Assembly (NCBI GenBank): GCA_041661385.1
Contig: JBAZUP010000001.1
Coordinates: 704,907-768,906 of the forward strand
Reading direction: 5' to 3'
DNA length: 64,000 bases
DNA from: Patescibacteria group bacterium
Lineage (GTDB): Bacteria; Patescibacteriota; Patescibacteriia; Magasanikbacterales; GWA2-37-8
Positions 54,996 to 61,292 of the stretch are shown here, piece by piece. Position 1 is the stretch's first letter, and each line of letters begins with the position of its first letter. The translations under genes were made by a program, and so were the position numbers. The notes under the pieces were generated by a model. It was not told the origin of the DNA. It saw only the letters and a list, made by a program, of their open reading frames with translations, and ran no database searches.

Positions 54996-55711
54996 AATCA
55001 ACCATATCTTTATTTCGGGATTTATATAATAATTTGCCGCCTTTGTTTCCACCGGAAACAAAGAAGAAAATGCACCATGCTCTTACTCATCTTGAAGGCG
55101 ACAATTCGCTTAGTATCACTGAAATTGAGAAAACAATGGTTGTATTTGGCTACGAAGCCTGGCCTTGGAATCGCGCTTATCGAGAATTTTTTGTTCTTTC
55201 TGAATCGAAAGTGGGTGAACATTTTTTATTGCCAAAATTAACTCCAGAAACAAAAAAGCGCTATCAAGATTTCAAAACTTACGGTGGCACTCTGCGTGAT
55301 TTGCATTCCGGCCGGCCAGCTGAATTTTTTACTTTGGAAGAACGAAAAAATCTTCGTGAAGCGCTAATTGATATTGGTCAGGAACTTCGAGATTTTACCG
55401 ATCGAGAAGTCTTGAGTTCAGAAAAAGTGAAGTATCTGAATAGAGTCGAAGAATTTATTATCATCATGAATTCGATAAAAAAAATACTTCAAGAACTTAA
55501 GCAAGTGGCAAAGAATGAGCAAGACCACCCGGCTCTTGCCGAAGAAATTCGAGCTAGGGTCCATGGTTTTGAATCTGGTTTGTGTCTGCTTGGTCCGGAA
55601 ATAAATTTTGAAGAACTTGTAAATTCAACGGAGTTTTTTAATGGGCGACATCACGAATTGACCCGGTTAAAAGGCATAAACATTCCCGGAACTTTCAGTT
55701 TAGAAGATTAA
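54992..55711 (+). CDS. hypothetical protein
   Basis: 239 aa, predicted largely helical, no assignable motif. Its stop overlaps the start of the next gene. Confidence 0.35.
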   Translation: MKSTISLFRDLYNNLPPLFPPETKKKMHHALTHLEGDNSLSITEIEKTMVVFGYEAWPWNRAYREFFVLSESKVGEHFLLPKLTPETKKRYQDFKTYGGTLRDLHSGRPAEFFTLEERKNLREALIDIGQELRDFTDREVLSSEKVKYLNRVEEFIIIMNSIKKILQELKQVAKNEQDHPALAEEIRARVHGFESGLCLLGPEINFEELVNSTEFFNGRHHELTRLKGINIPGTFSLED

Positions 55712-55713
55712 TT

Positions 55714-56145
55714 ATGGCTATTGAATATGAAAAATCTTGCGGAGTAATACCATTTCGCAAGGAGCTTAAAGGTATTAAATATTTATTGGTTCGCAATATC
55801 GGCGGTCACTGGGAATTTCCCAAGGGACATGTGGAAAAAGGCGAGACCGAACGAGAAACAGCGAAGCGTGAATTTGCGGAAGAAACCGGTTTAAAAGTAA
55901 AAAAATTACTAAAAAAAGCTTATTTGGAGCATTATTTTTTTACTTGGAAAGGAAGAAGGAAATCAAAAACTGTGACTTATTTTTTGGGTCAGATTGAAAA
56001 TGGCGAAGTAAATATTCAAGAAGATGAAATTATTGATCACGTTTGGCTTTCGTATCGCTCGGCGATGAGAAAGCTTACCTTTCGTGAACTCAGAGATATT
56101 TTTAAAGATTGCCGAAGCGAACTTCAGAAGCACTTAAACAGCTAG
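55714..56145 (+). CDS. NUDIX hydrolase
   Basis: Nudix box GHWEFPKGHVEKGETERETAKREFAEETGL. Confidence 0.85.
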   Translation: MAIEYEKSCGVIPFRKELKGIKYLLVRNIGGHWEFPKGHVEKGETERETAKREFAEETGLKVKKLLKKAYLEHYFFTWKGRRKSKTVTYFLGQIENGEVNIQEDEIIDHVWLSYRSAMRKLTFRELRDIFKDCRSELQKHLNS

Positions 56146-57120
56146 TGGCTTAATATTGGGAAAATTTTTAGTTAAATTTTTAATGCCGGCTTCATCGAGC
56201 AATCCGGTATGGCAATCTTCATGTTGAATTACGCTCGCGCTGTTAGTAATGCCCCAAATCAGGGCATTTTTTAAATCGTGCCCTTTGAAACGAGCGGCTA
56301 GATAAGCGGCAGAAAATGCATCACCAGCCCCGGTTTTAGCAACCACGGTAACTGGAAATGAATTAAGATGTAAAACTTCTTCATCATTTCCAACCCAAGC
56401 GCCTTTTTCTGCATCGGTTACTGCGACTTCTTTGGCGCCCCGGCTAATTAGGCCGTGAATTATTGTCCGAACGCTTTTTTCTTTGGCAAGTTTTGTGTTA
56501 AGCAAAGACTCGGCTTCTTCCAGATTAACAATCAGAATATCAGTGCGAGAAATTATTTCCGCGAGGTAGGACCGTCCGAATTTCATGAGATATGAGCCCG
56601 GATTAAAAGCCAGTCGTACGGTGGGGTGGAGAGTAAGATATTTCATCAGGTGTTTATGCATGGTTTCAAAACCGTCGCCGAGACCGGTGTAATAAATCCA
56701 TTCAGTTTCTGGCGCTGGTGTCGGCCAGGCGTAATTTTTTTTGTTTGAATAAGAAAGAATGGTCCGCTCCTTCAAATAATTTAAAACGATTGAATAGCGG
56801 GTTTTGGCGGTGGGATCAATAGTGATTAGTGAGGTGTCTACTCCATAGCGAGCAAGTTCTCGTATGGCAATTTGGCCGCTCACATCTTTTCCAACCGTGC
56901 TAAGCACGGCAGTTTTTAAACCAAGTTTTGTCGCTCCGACGCAAACATTTGGCGCATTACCGCCAAGACTCTGGAAGCTATCAATAATCGGCACTTTGCT
57001 GCCGTAGTCAAAACACAATTTAATATTTCCATGAGGAATAATCCGGCATTCGGCCGAAGAATCATCAATTCGGACATGGGTATCAATAATTGGGTCACCG
57101 ATGGCAATTAGTTGGTACAT
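56134..57120 (-). CDS. PfkB-family carbohydrate/nucleoside kinase (ribokinase-like)
   Basis: N-terminal GG...N and C-terminal TGAGDAFSAAYL anion-hole motif. Confidence 0.75.
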   Translation of the reverse strand: MYQLIAIGDPIIDTHVRIDDSSAECRIIPHGNIKLCFDYGSKVPIIDSFQSLGGNAPNVCVGATKLGLKTAVLSTVGKDVSGQIAIRELARYGVDTSLITIDPTAKTRYSIVLNYLKERTILSYSNKKNYAWPTPAPETEWIYYTGLGDGFETMHKHLMKYLTLHPTVRLAFNPGSYLMKFGRSYLAEIISRTDILIVNLEEAESLLNTKLAKEKSVRTIIHGLISRGAKEVAVTDAEKGAWVGNDEEVLHLNSFPVTVVAKTGAGDAFSAAYLAARFKGHDLKNALIWGITNSASVIQHEDCHTGLLDEAGIKNLTKNFPNIKPLAV

Positions 57121-57122
57121 AA

Positions 57123-57437
57123 TTATTTTTGTTCAGGGTGTTTATATTCCTGAACTAGTTTTTCACTATGATGATGTTTTCCGCCGACAATCAAAATTAA
57201 TTCTCTGGCGCTAACGAGTAGAACTCCAGCCGAAAGGAAAGAAAAAACCGTGTTGCCATAAACAAGCGAATATACTAAAAGAGCAGTTGAACCGACGACA
57301 AATACCGCATCCTGTCTTTTTTCTTCTTCTAGAAGTACCGCGTATATTATGAGTGTTGCCCCCAAAAAACCAACCACTTTGACCAATATATCAAGAGTCG
57401 GCCAGGGCAAAGACGGTAAAAATAATCCGAGTGGCAT
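57123..57437 (-). CDS. hypothetical small membrane protein
   Basis: 104 aa with three TMs. Confidence 0.3.
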   Translation of the reverse strand: MPLGLFLPSLPWPTLDILVKVVGFLGATLIIYAVLLEEEKRQDAVFVVGSTALLVYSLVYGNTVFSFLSAGVLLVSARELILIVGGKHHHSEKLVQEYKHPEQK

Positions 57438-57454
57438 ATATTTTTATAAGTTAG

Positions 57455-58402
57455 TTATTCTTTCCAGTAATTAATATATTCAATCGCCGAAAGCGCCGCA
57501 ATGATGCCTTGGCCGGCGGCAATGCCGATTTGCTTATATGGTACATCAGTCACATCGCCAGCTGCAAAAATTCCCGGTAAATTAGTTCGGCATTTAGTAT
57601 CAATCATTATTTCACCCTGTTTATTTTTATTTACGGAATTTATAAAAGATGAATTGGGGGTCATGCCGATGTGTACCATTATGCCGTTTATTGGCAAGGT
57701 TTGTTTTTTTCCAGCTTGATCTTCGTAGATTACGGTTTCAACTTTATTTTCGCCGGTAATTTCTAAAACCTTCGCGCTATAAATAATTTTTACGTTAGGA
57801 TTAGTTTTAAGTTTATCAATTAGAATTTTTTCTCCCTTTGGAAAACCGCCTTGAGTTTCAGGAGTATCCGCAAATTTAGTAATGATATAAGCGGGTTTTG
57901 CGATTTCAGCCAGCATGAGAGCCGATTCAAGAGCGGCGTTGCCGGCCCCGATAGTCAAAGTAATTTTATTTTTAAATAAAGGGCCGTCACAAACGGTACA
58001 ATAAGTAAGTCCTTTGTGTAAAAATTTTTCTTCACCCGGAATACCTAGGTGCCGAGGGTGGATGCCGGTACCGATAATAACTGCTTTCGTTTTTATTTCT
58101 TCAATTTCTCCGCCCGGTTTTCGGGCAAGAACAACGTGAAAATTTCCTTCGGATCGAATACCTTCCACGCGATAGCCTTCTTCAATATTTACACCGTAAG
58201 ATTTTGCATGGTCTGCAAATTTTTGGGCGAGTTCAAAACCCTGGATATCAATGATGCCCGGCCAGTTGTTTACAGTGCCGGATAACGCGACTTCGCCGCC
58301 GATATTTTCGCTGATAATTCTAAAATTTAATTCCCGGCGAGCCGCGTAAATTGCCGCGCTGCAGCCAACTGCCGCTCCGCCAATAATAACTAGATCTAAC
58401 AT
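57455..58402 (-). CDS. trxB: thioredoxin-disulfide reductase
   Basis: FAD site VIIGGAAVGCSAA, redox-active CTVCDG, second dinucleotide fold GAGNAALE; 315 aa. Confidence 0.85.
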   Translation of the reverse strand: MLDLVIIGGAAVGCSAAIYAARRELNFRIISENIGGEVALSGTVNNWPGIIDIQGFELAQKFADHAKSYGVNIEEGYRVEGIRSEGNFHVVLARKPGGEIEEIKTKAVIIGTGIHPRHLGIPGEEKFLHKGLTYCTVCDGPLFKNKITLTIGAGNAALESALMLAEIAKPAYIITKFADTPETQGGFPKGEKILIDKLKTNPNVKIIYSAKVLEITGENKVETVIYEDQAGKKQTLPINGIMVHIGMTPNSSFINSVNKNKQGEIMIDTKCRTNLPGIFAAGDVTDVPYKQIGIAAGQGIIAALSAIEYINYWKE

Positions 58403-58404
58403 AA

Positions 58405-59040
58405 TTATAATAGTTCGTTTAATTCAAGAAAAGCTTTTTCAAGGTCAGGTGCGAGCATGAGCGCGCTGCCAATGCAAAGCGAATCTACTGATAAGTTTTT
58501 AAAATAATGTATAGTGTCTTTGTTTATTCCGCCGTCGACTTCACATTTTGGTTTTTTTTCTAATTTTAAGTATTGCTCTATTTTTGGTAAAACTTTCGCT
58601 TGAAAAGATGCGCCCTGCCGGCCCGGGTAAACGGTCATAAACATAACTACATCAATACAATCGAGGTGAGGTGTTAATTTTTCGATTGAAGTGTCGGGGT
58701 TGATGGCAATACCGAATTCCCAATTTTGATCCTTCGCAAATTCATAGGCTTTTTCAATTTCACCGGGTGATTCAAGGTGGGCGATTGCGCGAAAAACATT
58801 TTTTACCTTTACCCATTTTTTCATTTCTTCGACTGGGTCGTTTACCATTAGGTGTAGTTCGTACTGAAGGTCAGTTCCGATTTCCGGAATTTTTTCAACA
58901 TTATTAAATGAAATTTTATGAACAAACTTTCCATCCATGATATCGAGTTGAACATAGGGAAACAGTCCGTCGATTTTTCGTATCTGTCTTTGCAAATCTT
59001 CAAAGCTCTCAGTTAAAATAGCAGGAATTATTTTTGTCAT
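58405..59040 (-). CDS. rpe: ribulose-phosphate 3-epimerase
   Basis: IPAILTESFEDL..., DIMDGKFV, and ELHLMV motifs; 211 aa. Confidence 0.8.
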   Translation of the reverse strand: MTKIIPAILTESFEDLQRQIRKIDGLFPYVQLDIMDGKFVHKISFNNVEKIPEIGTDLQYELHLMVNDPVEEMKKWVKVKNVFRAIAHLESPGEIEKAYEFAKDQNWEFGIAINPDTSIEKLTPHLDCIDVVMFMTVYPGRQGASFQAKVLPKIEQYLKLEKKPKCEVDGGINKDTIHYFKNLSVDSLCIGSALMLAPDLEKAFLELNELL

Positions 59041-59042
59041 AA

Positions 59043-59483
59043 TTATTCCAGCTCACTAATTTTTTTTAAACGTCGTAACCGTCTTTCTTGGTTATCAAAT
59101 TCAGTGTCTAAAAAATGTTTAACAATCGCAACCGCGTGTTCGGTTGAGAGGGTGCGGCCGGACAGACAAAGTATATTTGCGTCATTATCACGGCGACCGA
59201 GCTCGGCGCTTTCAATCGATGCGCCAAGAATTGCTCTTATGCCTTTTATTTTATTGGCAGCAATACACATGCCATGGCCGGACCCGCAAATGAGAATGCC
59301 GCGGTTTGCTTTGTCTTTAGCGACTTTTTTCGCGAGGGGAATGGCAAAATCAGGAAAATCATCATCGGCATCAAAATTAACCGGACCCAAATCCTCAAAT
59401 TTTATTTTGAGAACATTTTCGAGTTTATCCGTCAAAAGCTTCTTAAGCTGATAACCGGCGTGATCGGAAGATATATAAAGCAT
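59043..59483 (-). CDS. rpiB: ribose-5-phosphate isomerase B
   Basis: 146 aa; RpiB/LacAB signature SDHAGYQLK...GILICGSGHGMCIAANKIKGIRA. Confidence 0.85.
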   Translation of the reverse strand: MLYISSDHAGYQLKKLLTDKLENVLKIKFEDLGPVNFDADDDFPDFAIPLAKKVAKDKANRGILICGSGHGMCIAANKIKGIRAILGASIESAELGRRDNDANILCLSGRTLSTEHAVAIVKHFLDTEFDNQERRLRRLKKISELE

Positions 59484-59536
59484 AACAGATCAAAAAATAA
59501 GTTGAACTTTGCTTATTATATCGCGTTTTTTCCATC

Positions 59537-59565
59537 TTGACAAACCGAGGTTTTTGTGATATAAT
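59537..59565 (+). promoter_or_regulatory. perfect consensus sigma70 promoter with extended -10 driving the GC-rich gene
   Basis: TTGACA (59537-59542), 17 nt, TGaTATAAT (59557-59565); a roughly 165-nt leader precedes the AAGAGG Shine-Dalgarno and the ATG at 59738. Confidence 0.65.
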
Positions 59566-59737
59566 GTGTCGTTGTTGAATCGATTGATTTTGAATGAAAA
59601 AGGCTTAAATAAGCGAATTTTATAGTTCATTAAAACTTAATTGTTACCGAAAATGTGAGTGGCAAAAAGTGGCTAATATTGGCTGTTTTTTGCCGCCCAT
59701 AAGGACGGTACAACCAAAAAACAAAGAGGTTCACGAA

Positions 59738-60972
59738 ATGACCACCGGAAACATCGGAACTCCCGCCCTCAAGCTGGTGACCACGTCTTCGGAGGTCAAG
59801 CCCTCCGACGAGCAGCTCTTCGCAATCGCCGAGGAAGAGCTGGGAAGCAAGCCCGACCCCGAGATTCTCGCTCAGCCTGGCGTCCGCGTCATGATGATCG
59901 AGATCTGGATGGAGCGGCAGGCCGAGCTCGAGGAGCAGAAGCGCGCCGCCGACAAGCTCGAGGCCGACCAGAAGGAGAAGGAGCGTCAGCGCGTGCTCTC
60001 CGAGCAGGCGAACAAGCTCCGCGAGCGCTCGAACAAGCGCTTCAAGCCCGGCGCCCCCAAGGGCCCGGTCGTCTTCCTCTCGAATGAGGACATCCAGAAG
60101 GCCGTGCAGAACACGGTTCTCGAGGAGGCGAAGAAGTCGCGTCCGGACCTCCTGCCCGACTGGGTCAGGGAGAAGGATGATGTGGCCGCCATCCGCGGCT
60201 ACCTCTGCGGTGAGCGGCGCAACATCATGGAGTACATGCAGGCAAACCCCGCCGAGATGAAGTTCGTCACCTGGGCCACCAAGGCCATCGCCGACATCCA
60301 GGCCGAAATCGTCTTCGTGACGAAGCTCGGCTTCCGTGCCTTCAACAAGGCCGACCTCACCAAGGAGGGGCATTACTGCCCGACGCCGAAGTACCAGCAG
60401 TATATCCTGCCGAGGCTGAAGGCGAGCAGCTTCTATCAGAAGCTGACGAGCCAGGTCGGCGGCACCAACACCGACTCCGCCAAGTCGGTGGAGAAGGAGG
60501 TGCCGGTCGACCACATCGCCGCTGCGAGGAAGCGGACCGAACAGCTCCTCGCGGAGGAGAAGATCCGCCTGGACATCGGAGGTCGTCTGGTCAAAGCCGA
60601 CTGCGACGAGCAGTCGGTGGTGAGCCGGGCCGACCGGATCATGAAGAAGTTCCAGGGCACCGCCGTGGAGCGTCTCACCCAGGCCGCGGTTGGTCAGGGT
60701 GTGCTCGCGAAGACGAGCTCGGATCCGCAGCTGTGCGAGCAGGCGATGCAGAGCGCGGCTCTGTACTCGAAGGCGGCCGATATCGGCACCGACGAGTTCG
60801 CGGCGCTCATCGACGAGCGCATCGCGAACGCCCACTCCGCGGCGGACAAGCCGTACGCCGTGGTGGAGCGGCCCCTCTCTCCACCAACCAGCAGAAGAAG
60901 CAGTCCGAGGCTGCGCGCAGGGCTCGGAACGCGAAGAAGAGCGGTGAGAAGAAGAACAAGAAGAAGCAGTAG
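59738..60972 (+). CDS. high-GC horizontally acquired gene, hypothetical protein with a coiled-coil and charged N-terminus and a Lys-rich C-terminus; apparent -1 frameshift near 60868-60880
   Basis: About 62% GC with GC3 near 90%, against a roughly 38% GC host. SD AAGAGG sits 7 nt before the ATG. Frame 2 (59738 onward) holds the G/C-ending codon bias until the C-run at 60872-60875. From there the bias continues in the neighbouring frame, which ends NQQKKQSEAARRARNAKKSGEKKNKKKQ* at 60972. The in-frame read-through to 61054 uses atypical AGA/AGT codons. The 475-aa antisense ORF (59630-61057) is a GC-composition artefact. Confidence 0.55.
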
Positions 60973-61012
60973 AGTTAGCGACCAACAGGTCGCAAAACTC
61001 TCGCAACAACCA

Positions 61013-61049
61013 GACAGCCAAGGCAATCCCTTGGCTGTCTTTCGTTTTT
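61013..61049 (+). terminator. rho-independent terminator after the GC-rich gene
   Basis: gacagccaagg-caatc-ccttggctgtc followed by tttcgttttt. Confidence 0.7.
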
Positions 61050-61050
61050 G

Positions 61051-61079
61051 TTGACAAATAAAAGATAATCTCATAAAAT
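61051..61079 (+). promoter_or_regulatory. sigma70-like promoter for the ileS leader
   Basis: TTGACA-17 nt-TAAAAT; about 205-nt leader before the ileS ATG. Confidence 0.55.
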
Positions 61080-61085
61080 AGCTTT

Positions 61086-61292
61086 AACGTTCGTACCCGC
61101 TATCAACGGGGAGTTAGGGAAAGAAAGCCGATGATATCGGCAAGTAGAATCCTTCGGGTAAGCCCGCAATAGCTGTAATTGAGGCCACTTAGGCAAAACT
61201 GGGATGGTACCGCCTGTTCGCCAGGCTCCCGGTAACGCGAGTGGTTTTTTTAATTTCACCGGGCGCGGCTCGGCATGATTTCGTCAAATCGT
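61086..61292 (+). promoter_or_regulatory. probable T-box riboswitch leader (tRNA-Ile sensing) upstream of ileS
   Basis: The roughly 205-nt leader contains a T-box-like element AACUGGGAUGGUACCGCC (consensus AGGGUGGNACCGCG with a one-nucleotide insertion) at 61205-61224, followed by nested helices and a U-run (61247-61253). Location upstream of an aaRS gene supports the call. Stem I and the specifier loop are not confidently resolved. Confidence 0.4.

Noticed and set aside
54992-56145. Hypothetical 239-aa protein plus NUDIX hydrolase as a possible two-gene defense or toxin module
   Set aside because: The only support is overlapping stop and start codons and an unknown partner. The NUDIX protein looks like an ordinary small housekeeping Nudix, and there is no evidence of a defense context.
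59630-61057. 475-aa minus-strand ORF (and several smaller ones) antisense to the GC-rich gene
   Set aside because: High GC removes stop codons in all frames. The plus-strand frame has the Shine-Dalgarno, the promoter, a terminator and a coherent G/C-ending codon bias, whereas the antisense frame has none of these. It is treated as a compositional artefact.
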